NCBI GenBank assembly: GCA_963749915.1
Contig: CAVVOP010000022.1
Location: 1-64,000, forward strand
Direction: 5' to 3'
Length of the DNA stretch: 64,000 bases
Source of the DNA: an uncultured cyanobacterium
Lineage (GTDB): Bacteria > Cyanobacteriota > Cyanobacteriia > Cyanobacteriales > Cyanobacteriaceae
The first letter of the stretch is position 1, and each line of letters opens with the position of its first letter. The position numbers were made by a program, and so were the translations under genes. Below are positions 1-11,110 of the stretch, in pieces. The notes beneath the pieces are model-generated. The model was not told the origin of the DNA and did no database searches. It was given only the letters and a program-made list of their open reading frames with translations.

Positions 1-105
1 ATGTAAGTTCACTTTGTCGAAACTGCGATCAATCCAAACCGTGTACTTTAATAATCCCAATTTTTATCTTGCACCTCTGTTGGAAATTTTAGAGGTGAAT
101 CCTTG

Positions 106-141
106 ATTGAATAAAGGTTTCAATTTTTATCGGCAAGCCCT
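106..141. repeat. 36-bp dispersed repeat (probable MITE end); inverted copy at 4816-4851
   Basis: attgaataaaggtttcaatttttatcggcaagccct is the exact reverse complement of 4816-4851. Confidence 0.8.
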
Positions 142-152
142 AACTTATTGCC

Positions 153-1316
153 TTATAATATGCCGATAAAATGTAAAGGACCGTGACCGCTAATTATTTC
201 AATCACTAAACCTAAAAAGCCTACCATCGCTAATCGCCCATTCCAGACTTCGGCGGCAGTAGTTAAACCCCATTCCCATTTTTCTTGAGGATACATCTTC
301 ATGTTTTTCTTGGGGTGGGTAATTTCATTGAACCTCAAGGGTTTTTTCTCTAAGGCTTCGGTGGTTAAATTACTTAAGGCTTCGATAAACATGGGATGAG
401 TATTCAAAGCAGGTACACGCTTAAAGTTAGTTATACCTGCTTGTTCAGCGACTTCTCGATATTCTAAGTCAATTTCTTGTAGAGTTTCAATGTGTTCTGA
501 GACAAAACTAATAGGAACTACTAATAAATCTTTGGTATTTTCTGCTCCCAATTCTTGCAATGCATCTTCTGTATAGGGTTTTAACCATTCCACCGGGCCG
601 ACTTTACTTTGATAGGCTAGGGTATGAGGATTTTCAGTGTTAAGAGCTTTCATGATCAAGTCGGTGCATTCTTCAATGTCCACTTGATAAGGATCTCCTG
701 CTTCGGTAACATAACTTTTAGGCACACCATGGGCACTAAAGAATATATGCACATTATCGGGATTTTCAAACTGTTGTAATTCTTGTTTAATCAAGTCAAC
801 CATCGCCCCTAAATATCCTTGATGATCATGCCATGAGGATATTAAAGTATATTCAACATTTTGAAGATGGGGATCTGTTTTCCACATTTCTTCTAGGACT
901 CGAAAACTTGAACCGCTAGTGCTAATAGAAAATTGCGGATATAAAGGTAATATTACTAATTTTTGAATGTTATCTTTTTTTATTTGAGCGATCGCTTCTT
1001 CGGTGAAGGGATGCCAATAACGCATACCCACATAAACTTGAATATCATTTCCCTGTTCTGACAACTTAGATTGTAAAGCTTGAGCTTGAGCTTCGGTAAT
1101 TTGCAGCAATGGTGAACCCCCACCAATTTCCATGTAATTAGCTTCAGATTTTTTACTGCGGAGGGTTGAAATTAACCAAGCAAGAGGTTTTTGTAACCAA
1201 GGGAAGGGTAAACGGATGATTTCGGGATCTGAGAATAAATTATACAGGAAAGGACGTACATCCTCTAATTTTTCCGGACCACCTAAGTTTAATAATAATA
1301 CTCCTGTACGACCCAT
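153..1316 (-). CDS. hemH: Ferrochelatase with C-terminal CAB/HLIP helix
   Basis: [29 protein letters not shown] and [14 protein letters not shown] motifs; C-terminal [13 protein letters not shown] chlorophyll-binding motif. Confidence 0.97.
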   Translation of the reverse strand: MGRTGVLLLNLGGPEKLEDVRPFLYNLFSDPEIIRLPFPWLQKPLAWLISTLRSKKSEANYMEIGGGSPLLQITEAQAQALQSKLSEQGNDIQVYVGMRYWHPFTEEAIAQIKKDNIQKLVILPLYPQFSISTSGSSFRVLEEMWKTDPHLQNVEYTLISSWHDHQGYLGAMVDLIKQELQQFENPDNVHIFFSAHGVPKSYVTEAGDPYQVDIEECTDLIMKALNTENPHTLAYQSKVGPVEWLKPYTEDALQELGAENTKDLLVVPISFVSEHIETLQEIDLEYREVAEQAGITNFKRVPALNTHPMFIEALSNLTTEALEKKPLRFNEITHPKKNMKMYPQEKWEWGLTTAAEVWNGRLAMVGFLGLVIEIISGHGPLHFIGIL

Positions 1317-1629
1317 GATATTAATATTTTTATTTTTAAATTTTCTTTACTAAGTGTAACAATATATTATCGTTAGTTTAAGTTTATCTCAAAATGTGAG
1401 TGAAGACCCCAGCAATTCTCATTTTGGGAAAATACTATTTGATCCCTTTGTATTACAAAAAGAAGTAAGGAGAATTTTGTGCGAAAATGATTAGAATTGT
1501 TAATGTGTGACATCAATTCTTTTAAATAGACCTCTTGCAGAAATGGTTGTCACAAAACAATAATAAGACAAGCCCAGGCATGATTCAAATTGAATTTAGT
1601 ATTGTTAAGTTTTCTGTGGGTTTGCTCTG

Positions 1630-1643
1630 GTAATTCGTGTTAC
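1630..1643. promoter_or_regulatory. Possible NtcA box (GTA-N8-TAC) between divergent hemH and clpP
   Basis: GTAattcgtgtTAC; a TATAAT lies at 1705-1710; the motif can arise by chance in AT-rich DNA. Confidence 0.25.
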
Positions 1644-1758
1644 AAGTATTACTTGTTAATTAAATTATTCAGTTAATTAAATAACAGAGATTTGTCTGAG
1701 ATAGTATAATATTCAGTGTAAGTACTAAATCGGCTTTCACTGTAATTGCTAAAAAGCT

Positions 1759-2475
1759 ATGCTAGAATCGCAATCCTCTCAAATTTTATTCCACAATAGT
1801 TATCAACCTAATTTACATTCCATTAGGGAACAAAATATCTTGAACAACGCTGTACCGATGGTAGTTGAATCTTCCGGCATGGGAGAAAAAGTTTTTGATA
1901 TTTACTCCCGGCTACTGAGGGAAAGAATCATTTTTTTGGGCACGGCTATTGATGATAAATTAGCAGATTCTGTTGTGGCTCAACTACTATATTTGGAAGC
2001 AGAAGATCCTGAGAAAGATATTTATATTTATATCAATTCTCCCGGCGGCTCAGTTTATGCTGGTATGGCGATTTATGACACAATGCAATATATTCAGCCC
2101 GATGTCTCTACTATTTGTTATGGCATTGCCGCTAGTATGGGGGCATTTTTACTTTCTGGTGGTGCAAAAGGAAAACGCCTAGGTTTACCTAATTCTAGGA
2201 TTATGATACACCAACCCCTAGGTGGTGCCCAGGGTCAAGCCAGTGATATTGACATTCAGGCTAAAGAAATTCTTTACATCAAGCAAAGATTAAATCAGTT
2301 ATTAGCAGATCATACCAATCAACCCATGGAAAAAATCAGCGAAGACACCGAAAGAGACTTTTACATGTCTTCTACCGAAGCTAAAGATTATGGACTCATT
2401 GACGAAGTAATCATCAGAGAAGGCATTGATCTTCCCCTTAGTCGTCAATCTATAGATCTAAGCGAACTTTTATAA
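1759..2475 (+). CDS. clpP: ATP-dependent Clp protease proteolytic subunit
   Basis: [33 protein letters not shown] (catalytic Ser), RIMIHQP (His); directly upstream of clpX. Confidence 0.97.
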   Translation: MLESQSSQILFHNSYQPNLHSIREQNILNNAVPMVVESSGMGEKVFDIYSRLLRERIIFLGTAIDDKLADSVVAQLLYLEAEDPEKDIYIYINSPGGSVYAGMAIYDTMQYIQPDVSTICYGIAASMGAFLLSGGAKGKRLGLPNSRIMIHQPLGGAQGQASDIDIQAKEILYIKQRLNQLLADHTNQPMEKISEDTERDFYMSSTEAKDYGLIDEVIIREGIDLPLSRQSIDLSELL

Positions 2476-2515
2476 TCATCCATTATCAAAATATTTATTT
2501 CTCAATCTTAATTTT

Positions 2516-3859
2516 ATGGCTAAATACGACTCTCATCTGAAATGTTCATTCTGCGGAAAATCTCAGGAACAGGTACGCAAATTAATCGCCGGACCCGGGG
2601 TTTATATTTGTGATGAGTGTGTGGAACTTTGTAATGAGATTTTAGAAGAAGAACTGATGCCTGCCAACAGAACCAATAATCCTTCTAAGTCCAAAGCGAA
2701 TAGTAAATCTGCCAATACCAGCAGTAACCGCAAACCTCTGTCTTTTCACAAACTACCCAAACCCGTCGAAATTAAACAACAATTAGATGAATACGTCATC
2801 GGACAAGATGAAGCGAAAAAGGTTCTCTCGGTGGCTGTGTATAATCATTATAAACGTTTGACCGTTGTCGAACATGATCAAGCCCATGGCATTCATTCGG
2901 AAAATAGTGTGGAGTTACACAAATCCAATATCTTATTAATTGGTCCCACTGGATCGGGTAAAACTCTTTTGGCACAAACTTTAGCAAAAATTCTTGATGT
3001 GCCTTTTGCCATCGCCGATGCCACTACCCTCACAGAGGCAGGATATGTTGGCGAAGATGTGGAAAATATCCTTTTACGTTTGTTACAAGTTGCTAATTTA
3101 GATTTAGAAGAAGCTCAACGGGGTATCATTTATATTGACGAAATCGATAAAATTGCTCGTAAAAGTGAGAATCCCTCTATTACGAGAGATGTATCAGGGG
3201 AGGGAGTACAACAGGCATTGCTAAAAATGTTGGAAGGTACAGTGGCTAATGTACCACCCCAAGGGGGCAGAAAACACCCTTACCAGGACTGCATCACCAT
3301 CGACACTAGCAATATCTTATTTATCTGCGGAGGCGCTTTTGTCGGCTTAGATAAAATTGTCGAACAACATAAAGATAAAAAAGTTTTAGGTTTTGAAATT
3401 CCCCCTGAAACCGTCAGCAAAGAACAAAGAGTATCGGATGCAGCTCGTCAATTACAACCTGATGATTTAGTCCGTTTTGGTTTAATTCCTGAATTTGCGG
3501 GACGTTTACCTGTGGTGGCGGTGTTAGATTCTTTAAATGAAGAAACTTTAATTTCCATTCTCACTCAGCCCCGTAATGCTTTGGTAAAACAATTTCAAAA
3601 ATTAATCGGCATGGATAATGTTACTTTAGATTTTGAACCCGAAGCGATTCGTGCCATCGCCCAAGAAGCCTACCGCCGTAAAACTGGTGCAAGGGCATTA
3701 AGAGGCATTGTAGAAGAAATAATGTTAGATGTGATGTATGAATTACCATCTCGGCAAGATGTACGACACTGTGTTATTACCAAAGAAATGGTAGATAAAC
3801 GTAGTACCGCGGAATTGTTGCTTCATCCTTCTTCCTTGCCGGAACCAGAATCCGCCTAA
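2516..3859 (+). CDS. clpX: Clp protease ATP-binding subunit ClpX
   Basis: C4 zinc finger CSFC..ICDEC, Walker [21 protein letters not shown] loop. Confidence 0.98.
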   Translation: MAKYDSHLKCSFCGKSQEQVRKLIAGPGVYICDECVELCNEILEEELMPANRTNNPSKSKANSKSANTSSNRKPLSFHKLPKPVEIKQQLDEYVIGQDEAKKVLSVAVYNHYKRLTVVEHDQAHGIHSENSVELHKSNILLIGPTGSGKTLLAQTLAKILDVPFAIADATTLTEAGYVGEDVENILLRLLQVANLDLEEAQRGIIYIDEIDKIARKSENPSITRDVSGEGVQQALLKMLEGTVANVPPQGGRKHPYQDCITIDTSNILFICGGAFVGLDKIVEQHKDKKVLGFEIPPETVSKEQRVSDAARQLQPDDLVRFGLIPEFAGRLPVVAVLDSLNEETLISILTQPRNALVKQFQKLIGMDNVTLDFEPEAIRAIAQEAYRRKTGARALRGIVEEIMLDVMYELPSRQDVRHCVITKEMVDKRSTAELLLHPSSLPEPESA

Positions 3860-3915
3860 TAGGAGTTCAGAGTTCAGGGTTAGGTGAAGGAAGACAGGGA
3901 ACAGGGGTGAACATT

Positions 3916-3949
3916 AATTATCGATTATCGATTATCAATTATCAATTAT
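3916..3949. repeat. Heptamer tandem repeat (ATTATCR)n, STRR-like; related arrays near 38295-38325 and 41950-41980
   Basis: aattatcgattatcgattatcaattatcaattat. Confidence 0.7.
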
Positions 3950-3955
3950 TTAGAA

Positions 3956-4795
3956 ATGTATTCTAAAACTGCAGTTTCTACTACTAGATTGAAATATCGT
4001 CGTGATGAAATTAAAAATCAACGTCGATGGCGGGATACTGTATCTATTCTTCGCAGTTTGTTGATTATGTCTCTGACCGGGGGAATTTTTTCGGTTTTAA
4101 CTTTGCCTCATTGGGTAATTCGAGATAGTCAACAAATCAAGATAGAAGGTAATGATTTACTTACTGATGAAGAGCTTCATAGTTTAATTCCCCTTCAATA
4201 TCCTCAATCTTTATTAAAATTATCAACTTCTCAATTAACGGAAGACTTACAGAAAAAAGTTCCTTTAGCGAATATCATTGTCACTAAAGAATTATTACCT
4301 CCTAGTCTTACCATTAAAGTGACAGAAAAAAAACCTGTTGCCATGGCCTTCACTTCTATTTTATCCCCGAAAACAAAAAAACTGGAGCTGAAACAAATTG
4401 GTTATCTTGATAAAGATGGGATATTCGTATCCAATAAAGTATATAAACAGTTACGACAAAAACAGGGACAACTCCCTAAATTAAAAATTCTCGGTACACC
4501 ACAAGTTTATTTATACTATTGGCAAGATTTATACAATTTAATCAATCAATCCAGCGTAAAAATAAGTGAAATAGATTGGCAAAACCCCACAAATCTTATT
4601 TTGACCACTGAGTTAGGAAAAGTTCATATTGGTGGTTATAACTCGAAATTTTCTCAACAATTAATGGTATTAGAAAAACTAAAGGCTATCACTGAAAAAA
4701 TCCCTCGTGAAAAAATTATTTATATCGATTTAACAGATCCGGAAATGCCTTCTATTAAGGAGAAGAAACTCCCCAAAAAGGAGAAGAAAGACTAA
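3956..4795 (+). CDS. ftsQ: Cell division protein FtsQ/DivIB (POTRA domain)
   Basis: Basic N-terminus, single TM helix, IKIEGN...YPQSLL POTRA region, C-terminal YIDLTDPEMP typical of cyanobacterial FtsQ. Confidence 0.85.
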   Translation: MYSKTAVSTTRLKYRRDEIKNQRRWRDTVSILRSLLIMSLTGGIFSVLTLPHWVIRDSQQIKIEGNDLLTDEELHSLIPLQYPQSLLKLSTSQLTEDLQKKVPLANIIVTKELLPPSLTIKVTEKKPVAMAFTSILSPKTKKLELKQIGYLDKDGIFVSNKVYKQLRQKQGQLPKLKILGTPQVYLYYWQDLYNLINQSSVKISEIDWQNPTNLILTTELGKVHIGGYNSKFSQQLMVLEKLKAITEKIPREKIIYIDLTDPEMPSIKEKKLPKKEKKD

Positions 4796-4815
4796 GAGTG
4801 GAATGGCGGTTACTC

Positions 4816-4851
4816 AGGGCTTGCCGATAAAAATTGAAACCTTTATTCAAT
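4816..4851. repeat. 36-bp dispersed repeat (probable MITE end); inverted copy of 106-141
   Basis: agggcttgccgataaaaattgaaacctttattcaat. Confidence 0.8.
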
Positions 4852-4960
4852 ATTCTGATCTAGCTCAAAACTACTGATATGTAAGAGTTGCAGATCTATT
4901 TTTGCGATCGCTCTTTATCTAAAACCCACTTTCCGCAGTTTAAAACAAAAGAAAACAAAA

Positions 4961-5257
4961 TAGTGGGGAGTGATGGCTATTTTTATCACCTCAGCATTGT
5001 CCATTATTCCCCTTTCAATTTGGTTAAGTACGGCAATAGAAAGGGTTGCAGTGGTCACAGGTCCAACATTAGGAGGATTAGTTAATGCCGTCTTTGGCAA
5101 TACTACCACTATCATCATTGCACTGACTGCGTTGAAACAAGGGCTAGTAGATATTGTTCAAGCTAGTATCACTGGAAGTATTCTCAGGGATTTACTGCTA
5201 TTTATGGGCATAGGAATGCTAACGGGAGGAATTCGCTATTGTTCAAGCACTAGGTGA
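4961..5257 (+). pseudogene. Fragment of a Ca2+/H+ antiporter (CaCA/Cax family)
   Basis: IIPLSIWLSTAIERVAVVTGPTLGGLVNAVFGN...LVDIVQASITGSI..LLLFMG..GGIRY matches the first helices of Cax; only ~95 aa of a ~360-aa protein; the GNATE motif has decayed to GNTTT. Confidence 0.85.
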
Positions 5258-5313
5258 CGTGCGGAATGTGGGTTATTACTTCGTCCTAAAGCAGCTAAAA
5301 TTTTGTTAAATTA

Positions 5314-5736
5314 TCAATTACTATGCACATCTAACCACTGTTGTAAGATAATGGCGGCGGCACGTTTATCAATTAAGCCTTTATTATACTGAGAAAATTT
5401 TTTACTTTCTCGTAGTTGTTCTTCAGCTTCAATAGAAGTAAGTCTTTCGTCGACAAATTCTAAGGGTAATTCTAGGGCTTTACTCAATCTTTTAGCGTAT
5501 TTGATGACTTGTTTCGCCTGAAATCCGATTTCACCATTCATGGTATAGGGTATGCCGACAACTAACAGATTAGCTTCTCTTTCTGCGACTATTTTACGGA
5601 AGGCTTCTACATCATCTTTAAAAGAGGTGCGATTAATGGTGGTTAATTCCGTAGCTAACAAACCTAAACCGTCACAACCAGCGACACCAACTCTTCTTAA
5701 ACCGATGTCTAACCCCAATACTGCGATTCTTTCCAT
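5314..5736 (-). CDS. ruvX: YqgF/RuvX family RNase H-fold nuclease
   Basis: LGLDIGLRRVGVA, VVGIPY, DERLTS and IDKRAAAIILQ motifs. Confidence 0.95.
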   Translation of the reverse strand: MERIAVLGLDIGLRRVGVAGCDGLGLLATELTTINRTSFKDDVEAFRKIVAEREANLLVVGIPYTMNGEIGFQAKQVIKYAKRLSKALELPLEFVDERLTSIEAEEQLRESKKFSQYNKGLIDKRAAAIILQQWLDVHSN

Positions 5737-5781
5737 TAAAAAAACTCTTTTCTCTTTTTGCGTAAGTCCTGAATTGGTTAA

Positions 5782-6678
5782 TTATCGATTATCAACACCT
5801 ACTTTAGTTAAAAATTCTAAAGGTTTATATTTAAGTAAAAGCTGTAATTCTGCGTCATTTTTGACTAATAATGCCCCTGCAAAACCGAGAGAATTAATAG
5901 AAATAGAATCGAATTTTTCTTGACTTCTAGGTATTATCATCATCCAATCCTTTGTTATTAATAAATTATAATCTTGTGAAGGTTTATTCTCTTCAATTTT
6001 TATATTTAATTTGTCCAGTAATTGGTTATAATATTCTGAGGTAATTTTACCAGCTTCTTCGACTGATTTCTCGCTTATTCCTTCAAAAAAAGCTATTCCT
6101 TGTAGATAAGGTAATGCTTTTAAAGTAGTAATTTTTTCTTGATTTTTATTACTTAAAATTAAATGATTTAGGGGTATATCATCTATTTCGGGTACTAATG
6201 GATAAGGTACGACTTGTAAATGTTTATGGGGTTGAGACGCCCCTGACAATAAACCACTATTATAAAAACCTAGCCCATTTATCTCTTTTAAAACTGTCCA
6301 TAAAGCAGAAAAGTCTTCCAGAGTCAATATGCTATCTTGGGATTCAAATTGACGAGTTATAATTAATAAATGATGATTAACAACATTAAATTTATTTAAA
6401 ATTAAGACATGATTTTTTTTAATATCGGCAATAAATAAATCTTTTTCATAGGGTAAAAAAGGATTAAAAGTTGAGTTAGATTTTTTTTGTTTTTCCTTTT
6501 GTTTCTTCTTGGCTTTATCTTTTTTATTCAAGTTTTCTAGGATTCTAACAATAAATTTAATACCCTTTTCTTCTAAAATTTGATACTGAGTCGGTATCGG
6601 ATGTAACACTTTTTTTTCTAAGGCTTCTTTAGTTGTTAACTCAATTTTTTCCCACAAACTCAGACTATTTTCACTCAT
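5782..6678 (-). CDS. ATP adenylyltransferase / Ap4A phosphorylase (Apa2-like)
   Basis: NPFLPYE, LNKFNVV..HLLIIT, FYNSG..SGASQPHKHLQ, NSLGFAGALLV. Confidence 0.9.
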   Translation of the reverse strand: MSENSLSLWEKIELTTKEALEKKVLHPIPTQYQILEEKGIKFIVRILENLNKKDKAKKKQKEKQKKSNSTFNPFLPYEKDLFIADIKKNHVLILNKFNVVNHHLLIITRQFESQDSILTLEDFSALWTVLKEINGLGFYNSGLLSGASQPHKHLQVVPYPLVPEIDDIPLNHLILSNKNQEKITTLKALPYLQGIAFFEGISEKSVEEAGKITSEYYNQLLDKLNIKIEENKPSQDYNLLITKDWMMIIPRSQEKFDSISINSLGFAGALLVKNDAELQLLLKYKPLEFLTKVGVDNR

Positions 6679-6726
6679 AATTTACAGTTGATAGTTTACA
6701 GTTAGTTTTCTTGCCTTCTGCCTTTT

Positions 6727-7458
6727 TTAATTGTCAATTGTTAACCGCTGGAAAGTGCGTGCGCTTTTCGGGGGGATGGGTAAATCAAAGCGAGAATGAA
6801 AATCTTTTTGGACTTTATAAGTTAAGCGAGGTGATATTTGTTTAACTATTTCACTTAAAAGGCGATCGCCTGTAGTCTTAATTATTGACATAGGCAATTT
6901 ATGGATGAAGGGAGGAAATTTGACTTTTACTTGTAAATCCAACTGCCAATTAATTTTAGTGATGGATTCGGGGAGAGTTTTTTTTCCCTTTTGATGATAA
7001 ACTTTTTCGATGTCGACGGCTTGGGAAGGAGGTATTGATTCAATCTCCATGATTGAGCGGTAATCTACTTCATAACCCTGACGATCAAATTCACTATTGG
7101 ACACGGAATACATCGAATAATATTTAGGTTCAGGAGGGTCTAACACTACGTTTATCTGTGGGTTAACATTGTAGCCAAAAGCACCATAATGACCGATAGT
7201 CAAAGTGTATCCATTTTCGCCGAAGGGTTCTGCTTTCATGGGCGAAGCACACCGTACAAACCATCCTTGATGATCATTGAGATAATTTATGACAGTTTCC
7301 TCGTCACTATACATTTCCATCATACCGTTAAAGTAAGTTCGAAAAACGACGGGATCTTGTTCTGGTGTTTCTAATTCTTCGACAGTAAGGTAATTATTGA
7401 TGACGATTTCTTGTGGGTTGTCTTCTCGGGTTTCGAGGAGAGTGTTTGACTTTGACAT
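6727..7458 (-). CDS. DUF1997 family protein
   Basis: YLNDHQGWFVRCASPM and TGDRLLSEIVKQISPRLTYKVQKDFH recognised as cyanobacterial DUF1997. Confidence 0.8.
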   Translation of the reverse strand: MSKSNTLLETREDNPQEIVINNYLTVEELETPEQDPVVFRTYFNGMMEMYSDEETVINYLNDHQGWFVRCASPMKAEPFGENGYTLTIGHYGAFGYNVNPQINVVLDPPEPKYYSMYSVSNSEFDRQGYEVDYRSIMEIESIPPSQAVDIEKVYHQKGKKTLPESITKINWQLDLQVKVKFPPFIHKLPMSIIKTTGDRLLSEIVKQISPRLTYKVQKDFHSRFDLPIPPKSARTFQRLTIDN

Positions 7459-7633
7459 ATTTATTAATGGTTGACAATTAATTTTCTAAAAATGACAATC
7501 GATTATTAAGTGTAAAATTAACATTGATCAAATATTAGTTGCTTACTTAAATTATGCCCACTTAAATTAATAAACTAGCATTTTTAACAAATTTTCGCTT
7601 TTGCCTTTTGATTTTTTATATTATCAATTATTT

Positions 7634-10309
7634 ATGAATCTTTCTTTGCGTCAACGACTAAATATTTCCCGTTTTTCCATTGAACATCCCTGGTTAACGA
7701 TTAATTTTTGGATAGCGGTCAGTGTTGCTGGATTGTTGGCTTTTTCTTCTCTCCAATATGCCCTATTTCCTGACGTCACTTTTCCTGTGGTGATTATCCG
7801 TGCTTCTGCTAATTTTGAGAAAGTTATTGACATAGAAACTCAGTTAACGAATCCTCTACAAAAATCTTTACTGACTATTGAGTCTATAGACAATATTGTT
7901 TCTACGACTTACCCCAATGAAACTGTAATTACTTCTCTTTTTTTCGCAGGGGATACTCTCGATTCTGCCACTAAAACCATTAAAAACGCCATTGCCACCG
8001 TTGATTTGCCAAAGGATACCCAAATAGAAATTACCCCCTATAATCTCAATGAGTCTTCGGCCATTAGTTACGTTTTGACTAGCGAGACAAAGAGTTTAGA
8101 AGAAATAGCAGAAGTTACTAATAATAAAATTATTCCTGCTTTTAAAAATATTGACGGTATTCTCAAGATTAATGTTTTAGGGTTAGATTTTGCCGAAGAT
8201 GAAGACATTATGCCTAGTTTCGTGAGTTTTAATGGCAAAGAAGGTTTAGGCATTTCCATTATTAAACGAGGAGACGGCAATACTTTAGACGTGGTTCAAT
8301 CTGTGGAGTCTGTCATGGCAAAACTTCAATCTTCATTGACAGATATAAAAATAAATATGGCACAAACAGAGGCAGGTTATATAAAAGAGGCGACTCGGGC
8401 AACTATTGACTCTCTTTTCTTGGCGATTATTTTAGCAGTTTTAGTGATCTTGCTTTTTCTCGGCAATTTTACCGCCACTTTTATCACCGCTTTAGCTATT
8501 CCTACCTCTCTACTAGGGACCTTTATCATAATGGCCATGGGCAATTTTAATTTAGAAAGTATCACCTTATTAGCCTTAGCCTTAGTAATCGGTATCGTGG
8601 TGGACGATGCCATTGTGGATGTGGAGAATATTAGCCGTCATATCGAAAACGGAGAATCACCAAAAGATGCGGCAATCAAAGGAAGTGACGAAATTGGCTT
8701 AACAGTATCGGCTTCAAGTCTCACCATCGTGGCAGTATTTTTACCAGTCGCCTTAACTAGCGGTAATGTGGGACAATTTTTCAAAGCTTTTGGCTTAACA
8801 GTATCGGCGGCGGTTATTTTTTCCTTATTAGTGGCACGTACTTTATCTCCCGTCTTGGCGATATATTGGTTAAAACCGAAAAAGAATCAGGAAAAGAAAA
8901 AAAATTCTGCGGTGACTAATATTAGTGATGCCATCGTCAAAAAATACCGTAACTTGTTAATTTGGTCATTATCCCATCAAAAAATAGTCTTATGGTGCGC
9001 TTTAGTGAGTTTTATTCTTGGTATCGCCTTAATTCCTTTTATTCCTCAAGGTTTTCTTCCCCAATTAGACAGAGGAGAATTTAATGTTGTTTATACCACC
9101 GACTTGCCGAAAATTCCTAACAGCTGGAATATCAATCAAAATCGAGAAGAAACCTCTCCCACCACAGATAATTCTACTTTCTCCTGGTTAGGAGAAATTA
9201 AACGAAATCCCAACGGTTTTATTTTAAGACACACTCGTCGTGTTGGAGACAAAATTGAGGCAGTAATTTTAGACATCCCCGAAATAGAATCTGTTTTCAA
9301 TATTGTCGGTTTTAGAGAGCAACCAAATTTAGGTAAAATTTATGTCAAGTTAAAAGCCGATAGACAAATTAAGACCTTTGAGGTGCAAAATAAGGTCAGA
9401 GAAAATTTGCCTGTCATCAAAGGTGCAAATATCAGTGTTGAAGATATTAAATTTGTTGACACGGGAGACGAGAAACCATTTTCTTTTCGTTTATTAGGGG
9501 ATAATCTTATTTCCCTTTCTCAAAGTGCCAATAAAGTTAAGTCTGCCTTAAGGGATTTTTCTGACTTGACAGATTTAACCATCTCTCCCTCAGAAATTGC
9601 CACGGGCAAAGATGATAGTATCAACATCATCGAACATTTTAACGGCAAACGATCGATTACTTTTTCAGCTAATTTAGCAGAAGGGGGGGCATTAGGAGAT
9701 TTAACCCAGAAAGTTGTCAGGGAAATTCAACCCTTATTACCCCCCGATGTCATTCTATCTCTCGGCGGGGATTCTGCCAGAATGGAAGAAATTGGCAGAC
9801 AATTTGGCATTGTTTTTATCTTATCGATTGCCTTCATGTTATTGTTACTATGGGCATTGTTTGGCAGTTTATTAGAGCCGATAGTGGTAGCCTTATCTTT
9901 ACCTTTATCTATTGTCGGTGCCATGTTAGCCCTACTCATCACCCAAAGTGCCTTTGGGATGATTTCCTTACTGGGGATAATTTTCCTTTTGGGATTATTA
10001 GACAAAAATGCTTTACTGCTGGTAGATTATGCCAATCAACTGCGAAAACAAGGAATGCCCCGTCAAGAAGCAATTATCACAACGGGAGTGACTAGATTTC
10101 GCCCAATTTTAATGACCACCTTTTCTACTATTCTAGGAATGTTACCCATTGCCATCGGTATCGGTGCAGGTGCAGAATTAAGACAACCGATGGCAGTAGC
10201 AATTATCGGAGGATTATTAACCTCTACCATTCTCAGTTTAATTTTTGTGCCTGTTTTCTATACTGTCGTTGAAGATTTCTGGTTAAAAATTAAGGGAAAA
10301 TATAAATAA
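7634..10309 (+). CDS. RND efflux permease, AcrB/AcrD/AcrF family (short form)
   Basis: GIVVDDAIVDVENI, KNALLLVD and RFRPILMTT motifs; two TM bundles. Confidence 0.93.
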   Translation: MNLSLRQRLNISRFSIEHPWLTINFWIAVSVAGLLAFSSLQYALFPDVTFPVVIIRASANFEKVIDIETQLTNPLQKSLLTIESIDNIVSTTYPNETVITSLFFAGDTLDSATKTIKNAIATVDLPKDTQIEITPYNLNESSAISYVLTSETKSLEEIAEVTNNKIIPAFKNIDGILKINVLGLDFAEDEDIMPSFVSFNGKEGLGISIIKRGDGNTLDVVQSVESVMAKLQSSLTDIKINMAQTEAGYIKEATRATIDSLFLAIILAVLVILLFLGNFTATFITALAIPTSLLGTFIIMAMGNFNLESITLLALALVIGIVVDDAIVDVENISRHIENGESPKDAAIKGSDEIGLTVSASSLTIVAVFLPVALTSGNVGQFFKAFGLTVSAAVIFSLLVARTLSPVLAIYWLKPKKNQEKKKNSAVTNISDAIVKKYRNLLIWSLSHQKIVLWCALVSFILGIALIPFIPQGFLPQLDRGEFNVVYTTDLPKIPNSWNINQNREETSPTTDNSTFSWLGEIKRNPNGFILRHTRRVGDKIEAVILDIPEIESVFNIVGFREQPNLGKIYVKLKADRQIKTFEVQNKVRENLPVIKGANISVEDIKFVDTGDEKPFSFRLLGDNLISLSQSANKVKSALRDFSDLTDLTISPSEIATGKDDSINIIEHFNGKRSITFSANLAEGGALGDLTQKVVREIQPLLPPDVILSLGGDSARMEEIGRQFGIVFILSIAFMLLLLWALFGSLLEPIVVALSLPLSIVGAMLALLITQSAFGMISLLGIIFLLGLLDKNALLLVDYANQLRKQGMPRQEAIITTGVTRFRPILMTTFSTILGMLPIAIGIGAGAELRQPMAVAIIGGLLTSTILSLIFVPVFYTVVEDFWLKIKGKYK

Positions 10310-10476
10310 AATTTAGGAGTTATCGTTAACCTCAGTTCGGGATAAGAATTATTGGTAATAATAGACCTCTCCATAAATTATAATTTTGGCAGGGTAGAAT
10401 AAGCATTTCAACCTCCTTTTTCTTAATTGTGGTCGATGTCTAATATAAAGAGCAAAAATGTAACTCCAAATACACA

Positions 10477-10908
10477 TTACCAAATTTGATAACTAAAATA
10501 TTTTTCTGAATTTTCTTGTTTCGCTTTTACTAAAATCCTCCATGTTTTACCCTGAGATTGTCTTTGTAAATCTAGCTTAAAAGTATTCTTGATGATGAGA
10601 TTTTTTAATTTATTCTGCTTAATATTTAGTCGATATGTACCTTCTAAATGATAAGTTGGCAAATTGCCAATAATAGTAGGCTCAATTTTAGTAATATTAA
10701 TTTTAGTAATTTTCAATTCAGGTATTCGAGTTTTTAATTTTTGACTTAAAGATTGATGTTGTTTTTGCAGTTGAAAATTAATTGCTTTTTCAATTACTGT
10801 GGGATTCGGTGCAAATTCTAAGGGTGGTTTATCAGTATTGCACCCCACACATAAAAGTGAAATTAATAGATAAATAAGGATAAAAAATTTGTTTACTTTG
10901 AAGATCAT
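10477..10908 (-). CDS. Hypothetical lipoprotein
   Basis: Signal peptide with lipobox LCVGC; C-terminal LQRQSQGKTWR seen in cyanobacterial hypotheticals. Confidence 0.7.
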   Translation of the reverse strand: MIFKVNKFFILIYLLISLLCVGCNTDKPPLEFAPNPTVIEKAINFQLQKQHQSLSQKLKTRIPELKITKINITKIEPTIIGNLPTYHLEGTYRLNIKQNKLKNLIIKNTFKLDLQRQSQGKTWRILVKAKQENSEKYFSYQIW

Positions 10909-11110
10909 TGTTGTATAACCACTAATTTTATACCAGTCGCCAATAGTGTTAAGACATAACTTGACATCATAAACATTTTAAGTTGCAATAGTATCAGTCA
11001 ATCAACTAACTGTATTTAATAAAATTGTGATTGTTTTTCTCAGAGGAATAATTTACCAGTAAATTATTTGTCTATTTTTCGTTATTTATATCCACTTTGT
11101 GATCAAAATT

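Noticed and set aside
153..260. Chlorophyll-binding helix fused to ferrochelatase as a novelty
   Set aside because: Well-known feature of cyanobacterial and plant type II ferrochelatases
106..4851. hemH-clpPX-ftsQ as a transposon bounded by 36-bp inverted repeats
   Set aside because: The presumed element termini (AGGGCTTG) face so that the genes lie outside both ends, and the genes are core; more likely two independent repeat copies
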